DNA from: Heptranchias perlo
Lineage: Eukaryota
Length of the DNA stretch: 64,000 bases
NCBI RefSeq assembly: GCF_035084215.1
Contig: NW_027139247.1
Span: 372,001-436,000 of the forward strand
Reading direction: 5' to 3'
Shown here: positions 26,950 through 39,662 of the stretch, piece after piece
Numbering within the stretch: position 1 is the first letter of the stretch
How the letters are laid out: each line of letters starts with the position of its first letter
Notes under the pieces: model-generated
Told to the model about the DNA's origin: nothing
Database searches by the model: none
Seen by the model: only the letters and a program-made list of their open reading frames with translations
Position numbers and translations under genes: made by a program

Positions 26950-27222
26950 ATCGAGGACGGGAAGACTTGGTAAATCTTTAATCCCCTCCCACATTATTCT
27001 GCTTATCTCGTTCAGTGAAACTCATTCTATCCAATGAGAATGAAATCACCAGCCCTCAGTCGGGAGGGAGAATCTCCGGGACTATTCCCGGCATTAGGAA
27101 CTGCGGGCACAATCAGATTACCAAAGATCACACTGGTCAATGGCAAGGGTTTAACGGGAAGGTATTACAACTGGAAGAAAATGGAGACACAGATTGAAAG
27201 CAATAGCGGGAATATTTCCCAC
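26950..27222 (-). promoter_or_regulatory. Putative promoter of leader exon 1
   Basis: Inverted CCAAT (TCATTGG; CCAAT at 27031-27035) 115 bp upstream of the ATG; IRF-like GAGAATGAAAT and AGTGAAACT; kB-like palindromes gggactattccc and gggaatatttccc. Motifs are short and imperfect. Confidence 0.5.
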
Positions 27223-27223
27223 T

Positions 27224-28633
27224 GAAAAGCCTGGGAACTACAGACCAGTGAGCCTGACATCTGTAGTGGGTAAGTTGTTAGAGGGTATTCTGAGGGACAG
27301 GATCTACAGGCATTTGGAGAGGCAGGGACTAATTAGGAACAGTCAGCATGGTTTTGTGAGAGGAAAATCATGTCTCACGAATTTGATTGAGTTTTTTGAA
27401 GGGGTAACCAAGAAGATAGATGAGGGCTGTGCAGTAGACGTGGTCTACATGGACTTCAGCAAAGCCTTTGACAAGGTACCGCATGGTAGGTTGTTACATA
27501 AGGTTAAATCTCATGGGATCCAAGGTGAGGTAGCCAATTGGATACAAAATTGGCTTGACGACAGAAGACAGAGGGTGGTTGTGGAGGGTTGTTTTTCAAA
27601 CTGGAGGCCTGTGACCAGCGGTGTGCCTCAGGGATCGGTGCTGGGTCCGCTGTTATTTGTTATTTATATTAATGATTTGGATGAGAATTTAGGAGGCATG
27701 GTTAGTAAGTTTGCAGATGACACCAAGATTGGTGGCATTGTGGACAGTGAAGAAGGTTATCTAGGATTGCAACGGGATCTTGATAAATTGGGCCAGTGGG
27801 CCGATGAATGGCAGATGGAGTTTAATTTAGATAAATGTGAGGTGATGCATTTTGGTAGATCGAATCGGGCAGGACCTACTCCGTTAATGGTAGGGCGTTG
27901 GGGAGAGTTATAGAACAAAGAGATCTAGGAGTACAGATTCATAGCTCCTTGAAAGTGGAGTCACAGGTGGATAGGGTGGTGAAGAAGGCATTCAGCATGC
28001 TTGGTTTCATTGGTCAGAACATTGAATGCAGGAGTTGGGATGTCTTGTTGAAGTTGTACAGGGCATTGGTGAGGCCACACTTGGAGTACTGTGTACAGTT
28101 CTGGTCACCCTATTATAGAAAGGATATTATTAAACTAGAAAGAGTGCAGAAAAGATTTCCTAGGATGCTACCGGGACTTGATGGTTTGACTTACAGGGAG
28201 AGGTTAGACAGACTGGGACTTTTTTCGCTGGAGAGTAGGAGGTTAAGGGGTGATCTTATAGAAGTCTATAAAATAATGAGGGGCATAGATAAGGTCGATA
28301 GTCAAAATCTTTTCCCAAAGGTAGGGGAGTCTATAACGAGGGGGCACAGATTTAAGGTGAGAGGGGAGAGATACAAAAGGATCCAGAGGGGCAATTTTTT
28401 CACTCAAAGGGTGGTGAGTGTCTGGAACGAGCTGCCAGAGGCAGTAGTAGAGGCGGGTACAATTTTGTCTTTTAAAAAGCATTTGGACAGTTACATGGGT
28501 AAGATGGGTATCGAGGGATATGGGCCAAGTGCAGGCAATTGGGACTAGCTTAGTGGTATAAACTGGGCGACATGGACATGTTGGGCCGAAGGGCCTGTTT
28601 CCATGTTGTAACTTCTATGATTCTATGATTCTA
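27224..28633 (+). mobile_element. 5'-truncated CR1 LINE (young, one frameshift)
   Basis: ORFs 27194..27913 and 27898..28548 cover the RT and C-terminus; tail (ttctatga)n. Confidence 0.97.
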
Positions 28634-28776
28634 TAACCATAAAGGGAGCGATTATCGGTTTTTAAAAACTGCAGCGCTCTCCTTATTCTGTGTTTGCACA
28701 GCCGAGGACCTCACTGGCAAAACACAACCTCGCCTTGTTTTTTTTAATTCATGGAATGTGGGCGTCGCTGGCAAGG

Positions 28777-30309
28777 CACTGACTGCCCCCATGTTTACTC
28801 CAGGTTACACGAACAGCCACTGTGTTTACTCCGGGTTACACTAACAGCCCCCATGTTTACTCCAGGTTACACTAACAGCCACTGTGTTTACTCCGGGTTA
28901 CACTAACAGCCACTGTGTTTACTCCAGGTTAAACTAACAGCCACTGTGTTTACTCCGGGTTACACTAACAGCCCCTGTGTTTACTCCAGGTTACACTAAC
29001 AGCCCCTGTGTTTACTCCAGGTTACACTAACAGCCCCTGTGTTTACTCCAGGTTAAACTAACAGCCACTGTGTTTACTCCGGGTTACACTAACAGCCACT
29101 GTGTTTACTCCGGGTTACACTAACAGCCACTGTGTTTACTCCGGGTTACACTAACAGCCACTGTGTTTACTCCGGGTTACACTAACAGCCACTGTGTTTA
29201 CTCCGGGTTACACTAACAGCCACTGTGTTTACTCCGGGTTACACTAACAGCCACTGTGTTTACTCCGGGTTACACTAACAGCCACTGTGTTTACTCCGGG
29301 TTACACTAACAGCCACTGTGTTTACTCTGGGTTACACTAACAGCCACTGTGTTTACTCCGGGTTACACTAACAGCCCCTGTGTTTGCTCCGGGTTACACT
29401 AACAGCCACTGTGTTTACTCCGGGTTACACTAACAGCCACTGTGTTTACTCCGGGTTACACTAACAGCCACTGTGTTTACTCCGGGTTACACTAACAGCC
29501 ACTGTGTTTACTCCGGGTTACACTAACAGCCACTGCGCTTACTCCAGGTTACACTAACAGCCACTGTGTTTACTCCGGGTTACACTAACAGCCACTGTGT
29601 TTACTCCGGGTTACAATAACAGCCACTGTGTTTACTCCGGGTTACACTAACAGCCACTGTGTTTACTCCGGGTTACACTAACAGCCACTGTGTTTACTCC
29701 GGGTTAAGCTAACTGCCCTTGTGTTTACTCCGGGTTAAGCTAACTGCCCTTGTGTTTACTCTGGGTTAAGCTAACTGCCCTTGTGTTTACTCCGGGTTAA
29801 GCTAACTGCCCTTGTGTTTACTCCGGGTTACGCTAACTGCCCTTGTGTTTACTCCGGGTTACGCTAACTGCCCTTGTGTTTACTCCGGGTTACGCTAACT
29901 GCCCTTGTGTTTACTCCGGGTTACGCTAACTGCCCTTGTGTTTACTCTGGGTTATGCTAACTGCCCTTGTGTTTAGTCTGGGTTTCACTAACTGGGCTTT
30001 TGTTTAGTCCGGGTTACACTGACTGTCCCTTGTGTTTAGTCCGGATTACACGAACTGCTCATGTTTATTCCAGGTTACACTAATTGCCCTATTGTTTAGT
30101 CCTGGTTACACCGACTCCTCTTGTGTTGCACTAACTAACCCTGTATTTAGTCCAGGTTACACTAACTGCGCCTATGTTGTGTCCAGTTTACTCTAATTAA
30201 CCTTTTGTTTAGTCTGGGTTACGCTGACTGCCCTTGTCTTTATCTGGGATACAAGAACTGCCCTTGTGTTTACTCTCGGTTACACCAACTAACCGCGTGT
30301 TTTGTCCGA
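28777..30309 (-). repeat. 31-bp minisatellite, array 3, inverted relative to arrays 1 and 2 (~49 units)
   Basis: Unit gtgtttactccgggttacactaacagccact is the reverse complement of the same family. Confidence 0.96.
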
Positions 30310-30310
30310 G

Positions 30311-31371
30311 TTTTGTTCATGGGATGTGGGCATCGCTGGCAAGGCCGGCATTTATTGTCCATCCCTAATTGCCCTCGAGAAGGTGGTGGTGAGCCGCCTT
30401 CTTGAACCGCTGCAGTCCGTGTGGTGAAGGTTCTCCCACAGTGCTGTTAGGAAGGGAGTTCCAGGATTTTGACCCAGCGACGATGAAGGAACGGCGATAT
30501 ATTTCCAAGTCGGGATGGTGTGTGACTTGGAGGGGAACATGCAGGTGGTGTTATTCCCATGTGCCTGCTGCCCTTGTCCTTCGAGGTGGTAGAGGTCGCG
30601 GGTTAGGGAGGTGTTGAATAAGCCTTGGCGAGTTGCTGCAGTGCATCCTGTGGATGGTGCACACTGCAGCCACAGTGCGCCGGTGGTGAAGGGAGTGAAT
30701 GTTTAGGGTGGTGGATAGGGTACTAATCAAGCGGGCTGCTTTGTCCTGGATGGTGTTGAGCTTCTCGAGTGTTGTTGGAGCTGCACTCATCCAGGCAAGT
30801 GGAGAGTATTCAATCACACTCCTGGCTTGTGCCTTGTAGATGGTGGAAAGGAATTGGGGAGTCAGGAGGTGAGTCACTCGCCGCAGAATACCCAGCCTCT
30901 GACCTGCTCTTGTAGCCGCAGTATTTATGTGGCTGGTCCAGTTAAGTTTCTGGTCAATGGTGCCCCCCAGGATGTTGATGGTGGGGGATTCAGTGATGGT
31001 AATGCCATTGAATGTCAAGGGGAGGTGGTTAGACTCTCTCTTGTTGGAGATGGTCATTGCCTGGCACTTGTCTGGTGCAAATGTTACTTGCCACTTATCT
31101 GCCCAAGCCTGGATGTTGTCCAGGTCTTGCTGCATGCGGGCAGGGGTTGCGAATGGAACTGAACACTGTGCAATCATCAGCGAACATCCCCTTTCTGACC
31201 TTATGATGAAGGGAAGGTCATTGATGAAGCAGCTGAAGATGGTTGGGCCTAGGACACTACCTTGAGGAACTCCTGCAGCAATGTCCTGGGGCTGAGATGA
31301 TTGGCCTCCAACAACCACTACCATCTTCCTTTGTGTGAGGTATGACTCCAGCCACTGGAGAGTTTTCCCCC
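30311..31371 (-). mobile_element. CR1-group LINE, second lineage with an A-rich tail, 5'-truncated
   Basis: ORF 30551..31384: GVPQGSVLGPTIFSCFINDLP...LNIHSLHHRRTVAAVC; other copies at 41.5, 46.4 and 57.6 kb. Confidence 0.93.
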
Positions 31372-31474
31372 ACTGTTTTAACATAGGTGCTATCCCATTT
31401 GTTTTAAGCAGGTTGTACCATTAAAATAACAATATGTTAAGCATTTGACCTCCAATATCATTAATATTTACTTA

Positions 31475-32975
31475 GGAACATAGGAATAGGAGTAGGCCAT
31501 GAAGTCTCTCGAGCTTGTTCCGCCATTCAATTAGATCATGGCTGATCTGTATCTTAACTCCATCGACCCACCTTGGTTCGTAACCCTTAATACCCTTACG
31601 TAACAAAAATCGATCAATCTCAGTTTTGCAATTTTCAATGGACCCCCAGCTTCAACCGGATTTTGGAGAGAGTTCCAGATTTCCACTACCCTTTGTGTGA
31701 AGAAGTGTTTCCTGACATCACCCCTGAACGGCCAGCTCTAATTTCAAGGTTATGCCTCCCTTGTTCTTGACTTCCCCCACCAGAGGAAATAGTTTCTCTC
31801 CAACTAACCTATCAAATCCTTTAATCATCTTAAACACCTCAATTAGATCACCCCTTAATCTTCTTTCGTCGAGGGAATACAAGCCTAGTCTATGCAACCT
31901 GTCCTCATAATGTGACCCTTTTAGCTCAGGTATCATTCTGGTGAATCTGTGCTGCATCCTCTCCAAGGCCAATGTATCCTTCCTGAGGTGCGGTGCCCAG
32001 AACTGAATGCAATTCTCCAGATGTGGTCTAACCAGAGCTCTGTACAACTGGAATATAACTTCTATCCCTTTGTATTCCAGCCCCCGAGATAAAGGCCAAC
32101 ATTCCATTAGCGATTTCTATACTTGACCCCTAAATCTCTCTGTTCATCCATAATAAATTCTAATTAGCTTCTTGCCAATTAGAATATACTCTGATCCACC
32201 TTTCTTATGTCCAAAGTGAATGACCTCACACTTCCCCACATTGAACTACATCTGCCGCAGTTTTGCCCATTCATTTTATCTATCAATCTCCCTTTGCAAC
32301 TTTCTGCTCCCATCTACGTTATTTTCTGTGCCTCCTAACTTCGTGTCGTCAGCAAATATACGGATCTCTATTCCTTCATCCAAATTATTTATTAATATAG
32401 TGAAAAGCTGAGGCCCCAATACAGATCCCCTGGGGCACCACTGGTGACATCCTGCCAATTTGAGTCCATACCCATTATCCCTACTCTCTCTCCTACCTCC
32501 TAACCAATTCCCTCTCCAAGCCAATAGGTTGCCTCCATTCTGGACGCTCTCATTTTTGTTAACAGTCTCTTGTGTGGAACCTTGTCGAATGTCTTCTGGA
32601 AGTCAATATAAATAACATCTCTAGACACACCCTTATCCTACGTGTGACCCTCAGGTACTATGGCCTCACCTGGCCGTGTTCAGAAGATATTACGGTCAGT
32701 GATATCATCTGTAATATTGGTTTTCAACTGCTATAGAAAGACCCCACCCACCCAACACCATCCATCCAAGGGTATAATGAAGGGTTTGCTAGAGTATATG
32801 GAGGGTAAGGTCCTGGCTCCAGAACACAAGATGGCTTTCGTTACTTCCTCAAAAAATTCAGATAGGTTCATTAGACATGATTTACCTTTTACAAATCCAT
32901 GGCTCTCTCCAATCAGTACACATTTGTCTAAATGCTCAGTCACTCCATCCTTAATAACAGATCTCTGGACTTAGC
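31475..32975 (-). mobile_element. Degenerate CR1 LINE interrupted at 32642-32835
   Basis: Minus-strand RT fragments (HGFVKGKSCL, FADDTKLGG, RPHLENCIQFW) and a CR1 3' UTR. Confidence 0.9.
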
Positions 32976-33290
32976 TCTCAAAATATTCACTGAGAATACA
33001 ATTGTATGGTATAAAAATAGGTGTTTATTACAAGAACTATCACATGGCCTTACAATCTTCAGACAGTCGCTGCTCACACCATCTAGAAATAGTGTAATTT
33101 GCCATCTTGTGTTCTGCAGCCAGGACCTTACCCGCCATATACTCTAGCAAACCCTTCATTATACCCTTGGATGGATTGGGGGGAGGGGGGTCTTTCTATA
33201 GCTGTTGAAAGCAAATGTTACAGATGGTATCTCCGACGGTAATATCATCTGAACACGGCCAGGTGGGGCCAAAGAACCCGAGGGTCACAC
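32642..33290. repeat. Pair of ~190-bp inverted repeats (32642-32835 and 33101-33290)
   Basis: gtgtgaccctc...aagatggc is the reverse complement of gccatctt...gagggtcacac, with scattered substitutions. Confidence 0.9.
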
Positions 33291-34139
33291 ATCATGATGT
33301 TGTTGCCAACGCTGGATAGTGCCTCCTAGAGGACGAGGAATGTTATGTCCGTGAGTACCGCCGGCAGAGGATGCAGGGTTTTGCCAGCTTTTATTTTGGA
33401 ATGTGCTCAGGGCCGTGCAGTTTTGCAGAATTGGTATTTAACAAGGCCTGAACAGGGTGAATTGTGAGGTGAAAAACCATGGCAACACTCGCTATTCCTT
33501 CATATACAAATATGAATTTCATAACCACAAGTTATGACATGCATAATCTGCATAAGATTCTACAGGGAGGTATCTGAAAAACTGGAAAACAACACAATAA
33601 AGTCCGATTGGTAACAGTACTTTGAACATTCATGAATCATTTTGCAGTTTTGTGATATCGTTTCATCAGTTAATGTATTTGTTTTGTTTATCAGGCCTGG
33701 CTGTTGGACTTTGTATCTATGAAACTTAATACCCCTGATAAGTTTCCTTGACAAATGTGGAATTGTTTGCACTTTCTTACCCAAATAAACCAACTTCTAA
33801 CATTAAATTAGCATATTGATTTTCATAAGTTTAGAATTTGTTTAGAAACCAGTTCACTTTGAATCCGGGAACAACCTCTCCACACGAAGAATTGTGAGAA
33901 TGTGGAAGACACTGCCCAGAAGTTCACGGATACAGCATTAAGTGAGGTGCTTAGAAAAAGAGACAGGTACTTCATATCTCCCTATCTGCATATCCTTCTA
34001 TTGCTTTCTTCCTCATGTACTTATCTAGCTTCCCCTTAAAGGTATCTCTGCTATTCGCCTCAACGACTCCATTTTGTATCAAGTTCCACATTCTAACCAC
34101 TCTCTGGGTAAGAAGTGTCTCCTGGATTCATTACTGGAT

Positions 34140-35435
34140 TCATGTTTGAATCCCTCCATTCAGGTTTCCGCCCCTGCCATAGGACTGAAACAGCCTTTAT
34201 CAAATTCACAAATGGCATCCTACGTGACAGTGACTAAGGTAAACTATCCCTCCTCATCCTTCTCCACCTGTCTGCAGCCGTTGACCACACCATCCTCCTC
34301 CAACGCCTCTCTCCGTCACCCAGCTGGGATTGGGCTCACCTGGTTCCATTCTTATCTATCCAGTCATAGCCAGAGAATCACCCGCAGTGGCTTCTCTTCC
34401 CCTTCTTTCACCATTACCTCTAGAGTCCCCCAAGGATCTATCCTTGGTTCCCCCCACCCATTTCTCATCTACATGCTGCCCCTCGATGACAGCATCCGAA
34501 AACATAATGTCAGATTCCACATGTATGCTGACAACACCCAGCTCGACCTCACCACCACCTCTCAATCCCTCCACTGTCTCTCATTGTCGCATTGCTTGTC
34601 CAACATTCAGTACTGGATGAGCAAAAATTTCCTCCAACTAAATATTGGGAAGACCGTAGCCATTGTCTTTGGTCCCCGCCACAAACTCCATTCCCTTCTC
34701 AGACTCCATCCCTCTCCCTGGCCACTGTCTGAGGCTGAATCAGACTGTTCATAACCTTGGTGTCCTATGTGACCAAGATGAGCTTCTGACCCGATATCCT
34801 CTCCATCACCAAGACCACCTCCTTCCACCTCTGTAATATCACCCGTCTCCACCCGCCTCAGTTCATCTGCTGCTGAAACCGTCCTCCATGCATTTGTTAC
34901 CTCTAGACTCGGCTATTCCAATGCTCTACTGGCCGGCCTCCCATCTTCCACCCTCCATAAACCTGATCTCATCCAAAACTCTGCTGCCTGTAACCTAACT
35001 CACACCAAATCCCGTTCTCCCATCACCCCAGTGCTCGCTAACCTACATTGGCTCCCAGTCCAGGAATTCCTCAATTTTAAAATTCTCATCCTTTTTTTCA
35101 AATCCCTCCATGGCCTTGCCCCTCCCTATCCCTGTAACCTCCTCCAGCCCTCCGAGATCTCTGTGCTCCTCCAATTCTGGCCGCTTGTGCATCCCCAATT
35201 TTAATCACTGCACCATTGGCGGCCGTGCCTTCAGCTACTAGGCTCTAAGCTCTGGAATTCCCTCCCTAAACATTTCCATCTCTCTACCTCTCTCTCCTCT
35301 TTTAAGACACTCCGTAAAACCTACCTTTTTGAGCAAGCTTTTGGTCACCTGTCCTAATATTTCCTTATGTGGCTCGGTGTCAAATTTTGTTTGATAATCG
35401 CTCCTGTGAAGCGCCTTGAGACATTTTACTATGTT
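34140..35435 (+). mobile_element. L2-clade LINE 3' half, degenerate
   Basis: GFRPCHRTETA, VPQGSILG, FHMYADNTQL, FLQLNIGKT; 3' end gtgaagcgccttgagacattttactatgtta. Confidence 0.85.
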
Positions 35436-35557
35436 ATATTGTTGTTGTTGTTCATTAGTGACTATCTTATATTAATGGGCCCTAGTTTAGGACTTGGCTA
35501 CATGTGGAAAAACTTCTCTATGTCAACCCTATCAAACCCCTGCATAGGTTAGTAGGC

Positions 35558-36990
35558 AGAAGGCTGGAAATTATAGACCAGTTAGCCTAACATCTGTGGT
35601 GGGTAAAATTTTGGAATCTATTATTAAGGAGACAGTAGCAGAACATTTGGATAAACATAATTTAATAGGACAAGTCAGCATGGCTTTACGAAGGGGAAGT
35701 CATGTCTGACAAATTTGCTTGAGTTCTTTGAGGACATAACGTACAGGGTGGATAAAGGGGAACCAGTGGACGTAGTGTATTTGGACTTCCAGAAGGCATT
35801 CGACAAGGTGCCACATAAAAGATTATTGCTCAAGATAAAGAATCACTGGATTGGGGGTAATATTCTGGCATGGGTGGAGGATTGGTTATCTAACAGGAAG
35901 CAGAGAGTTGGGATAAATGGTTCATTCTCAGATTGGCAACCAGTGGCCAGTGGTGTTCCGCAGGGGTCGGTGCTGGGTCCCCAACTTTTTACAATCTATA
36001 TTAACGATTTGGAGGAGGGGACCGAGTGTAACGTATCAAAGTTTGCAGATGATACAAAGATGGGAGGGAAAGTAGAGAGTGAGGAGGACATAAAAAACCT
36101 ACAAGGGGATATAGACAGGCTGGGTGAGTGGGCGGAGATTTGGCAGATGCAATACAATATTGGAAAATGTGAGGTTATGCACTTTGGCAGGAAAAATCAG
36201 AGAGCAAGTTATTATCTTAATGGCAAGAAACTGGAAAGTACTGCAGTACAAAGGGATCTGGGGGTCCTAGTGCAAGAAGATCAAAAAGTTAGTATGCAGG
36301 TGCAGCAGGTGATCAAGAAGGCCAACGGAATGTTGGCTTTTATTGCTCGGGGGAGAGAATATAAAAACAGGGAGGTATTGCTGCAGTTATATAAGGTATT
36401 GGTGAGACCGCACCTGGAATACTGCATACAGTTTTGGTGTCCATACTTAAGAAAATACATACTTGCTCTCGAGGCAGTACAAAGAAGGTTCACTCGGTTA
36501 ATCCCGGGGATGAGGGGGTGGACATATGAGGAGAGGTTGAGTAGATTGGGACTCTACTCATTGGAGTTCAGAAGAATGAGAGGCTATCTTATTGAAACAT
36601 ATAAGATTGTGAAGGGGCTTGATCAGGTGGATGCGGTAAGGATGTTCCCAAGGATGGGTGAAACTAGAACGAGGGGGCATAATCTTAGAATAAAGGGCTG
36701 CTCTTTCAAAACTGAGATGTGGAGAAACTTCTTCACTCAGAGGGTAGTAGGTCTGTGGAATTTTCTGCCCCAGGAAGCTGTGGAAGCTACATCATTAAAT
36801 AAATTTAAAACAGAAATAGACAGTTTCCTAGAAGGGAATTAGGGGTTACGGGGAGCGGGCAGGAAATTGGACATGAATTTAAATTTGAGATTAGGATCAG
36901 ATCAGCCATGATCTTAATGAATGGCGGAGCAGGCTCGAGGGGCCGATTGGCCTACTCCTGCTCCTATTTCTTATGTTCTTATGTTCTTAT
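35558..36990 (+). mobile_element. 5'-truncated CR1 LINE
   Basis: ORF 35715..36842 is an RT domain; tail (ttcttatg)n. Confidence 0.97.
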
Positions 36991-37690
36991 AATCTTAAAG
37001 ACCACTATTCGGTCATCCCTCAGCCTTCTCTTTTCTAGAGAAAAGAGCCCCAGCCTGTTCAGGCTTTCCGAACATTTATAGCCTCTCAGTTCTAGTGTAT
37101 ACTTTTTGCCTGTATAGCTTTTTGTAATATGGAGACCAGAACTGTGCACAGTACTCCAAGTGTGGTTTCACCAAGTTTCCAACATAACATCCCTGCTTTT
37201 CAATTACAATCCACTAGAAATGAATCCTAGTGCTTTGTTTGCATTTTTATGGCCTAGTTAACTTGCATTGCTACCTTTAATGATTTGTGTATCAATACCT
37301 CTAGATCCCTTTACTATTCCACCTCATTCAGACTCCTATTTTACAAGGAGTACGTGACCTCCTTATTCCTCCCACCGAATTTTACCACCACACACTTATC
37401 GAAATTGAAATTCATTTGCCATTTACATGCCCAAGTTTATTAACATATTCTTGTATTTTGTTGCAATCCTCCTCAGTATTTACTATAACCCCCAATTTGG
37501 TGTCATCTGCAAATTTTGAAATTGTACTTCCTATTGCCGAGTAAAAATCATTTATCTAAATGGTGAACAACAGTGGTCCCAGCACCGATCCCTGTAGACC
37601 ACCACTTCCCACCTTTCGCCAGTCTGAGTAAGTACCCTTAACCCCTACTCTGTTTTCTATTTTGAATCCCACTTGCTGTCCATTCCCTGA
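36991..37690 (-). mobile_element. Old CR1 RT fragment
   Basis: Antisense of CR1 motifs (ttggtgtcatctgcaaa, ggtcccagcaccgatccctg, gaactgtgcacagtactcca). Confidence 0.8.
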
Positions 37691-37739
37691 CAAACTCTGT
37701 CCTTTCTCTTTCTTTTTGTCACTGTCTCTTTCTCTCTTT

Positions 37740-37977
37740 GGGGGTGATTTTAAACCCCAAGAACTGGCGGGTTGGGGGCGGGTGGGAGTTGGAAATAGTT
37801 GTTTTTTTGGGTCGCAACTGCAAAATTTTCGGACTTTGCATTCCCAGTGGGAAGCCTGGACTTTTACACATGGACGTTAAACACGGAAATAAAGCCGGGT
37901 TGCGGTCGACCCAAAAAACAACTATTTTCAACTCCCACCCGCCCCCAACCCACCCGTTCTTGGGGGTTAAAATCACC
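37740..37977. mobile_element. Palindromic MITE (Harbinger-like ends)
   Basis: ggtgattttaaaccccaagaac...gggagttggaaatagttgttttttgggtcg pairs with cgacccaaaaaacaactattttcaactccc...gttcttgggggttaaaatcacc; arms of ~75 bp. Confidence 0.85.
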
Positions 37978-37979
37978 TT

Positions 37980-38327
37980 TGTCTCGATCCCTTTCCCTGC
38001 TTCTCTTTCATTATTTACCCTTCTGTCTCTGTCCTTGACTTTTCTGTGCCTTTTTTCACTGTCTCTCTTCCCTCTCTCTGTGTAACCCTATCCCTGTCTC
38101 TCTTTCTCTCTCCCTCTCTGACCCTATCTCTCTATCCCTCTCTGGCCCTAGCTGTCTCTCTCTCTCTCTCTCTTTGTCTCTATGTCTTTTCCTTTTCCCT
38201 ATCTCTCTGTCTTTCACTATCTTTCTCTGTCCTGTATCTTTCTTTCTTTTCCTCTATCCGTGTTCCTCTCTCTTTGTCTCTGTCATTTTCGCTCTCTCTC
38301 TCTCTCTTCCTCTCTGTTCTTCTCTCC
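37980..38327. repeat. (CT)n-rich low-complexity tract
   Basis: Direct reading. Confidence 0.9.
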
Positions 38328-39431
38328 GATATATTCTTGATTGAAAAGTACTCTGAAATATTTCAGTCTCGCCATCTAAAATGACATTAACAAATCACAA
38401 TTCTATAGCATTTTATATAGTATGGATTCAATTAGGAAATCTGTCAGTTAAATCTAGTTTCTCAACCTGAAAAAAAACTAGCTTTAAATTGTGCTGGTAT
38501 CTGAGAGCAAAACCTGTTTCCCATTCAGGCATTGAGATATTTTGGAACACCCTGCTACATTTGCAGAAACAGGAGATGGGATTGTTCAATGTAGCCTCGG
38601 CCTCACCACTCGGGCGCGGGAAGTGAGAACTACACCAACATCACACCCCCCACCCCCCCAACAAAAAAGTGGTCACTGCCCAATTTCTAGCCCTATATCT
38701 TATGCCAAAAGGCAAAACTGAGTAGCATTGCTTACTGGTGCAGGCCGGCACGGCACATCAGGACATTGTACACCATTATCCCATTATTCTTTGATCATTC
38801 ATGCTAATGGTAGGAAAAATAACGGACTGAGGGTGCATAATGTCGTAATATTCAGTTTGGTGATTCAGAAGCACTGAAGTGAGAAATTCCTGCCATATTT
38901 CACTGTAGCAGTGACCACTAGGGTCGATGAAAGCAAATAAACCCACATTGCAACCATTGATCTCCATCCCATGACTTTGAAGGGTGAACGTGTGAGTAGC
39001 AGCTGAGTATAGTATCAGTCTGGCCTGTGATGATTCCAGGAGTGAACTGCCCGTAGACACACTGCTGGATAGTTGACCAGAATAGCGCAAGTGACTGGGG
39101 GTAATTTTGTATTGTCTGTAATTCGAATCCTACTACAATGTACACTGTATGTCGGAAAACACAAAGATGAACACAACGTATTGTACAAAGATGAACTTAT
39201 ACCATCATCATCATAGGATTTGGCTTTTGAGGTAGCAGGGGCATTGGACTCCCCGCAACTTGTGGCAAATATTATTGGGTTATCTCCCTGTCTTTCTGCA
39301 GAAACAAACATCTTTTTACTCATTTAATGGTTGTGTGTCAGAAAAAAAATTACGAAGGGGATTCCCCCCGTTATTATACAGTCTAACCCTTTCGTTGGTT
39401 TCGAGGAAATGAAGCAGCTTGGAGGACATTC

Positions 39432-39662
39432 TGATGTGGGCGTCGTTGACAAGGCTGGCATTTAATGCCCAATAGCGGTTTGCAAAGTCGCTTCAGAGGG
39501 CGGCTAAGAGTCAACGACGTTGGTGTGGGCCTGGAGTCACATATAAGCCAGACAGGGCAGGGATGGTAAGTTTCCGTGCCTAAGGTGGTGGATTAGTGAA
39601 CTAGTGCTTTTTCAACGACAATCCAATATCTTCACGGTTACTTTTACTGACACCAGCTTTAT
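39432..39662 (-). mobile_element. SINE fragment sharing its 3' tail with the second CR1-group LINE
   Basis: Begins gatgtgggcgtcgttgacaaggctggcatttaatgccc (LINE tail antisense), then a non-LINE body. Confidence 0.65.

Noticed and set aside
28815-29690. Tandem perfect RSS heptamers (CACAGTG, minus strand) with ACA at the 23-bp spacer position
   Set aside because: The nonamer position reads ACACAGTGG (4/9, no A-tract) and there are no V/D/J segments; a by-product of the 31-bp period, at most a cryptic RSS.
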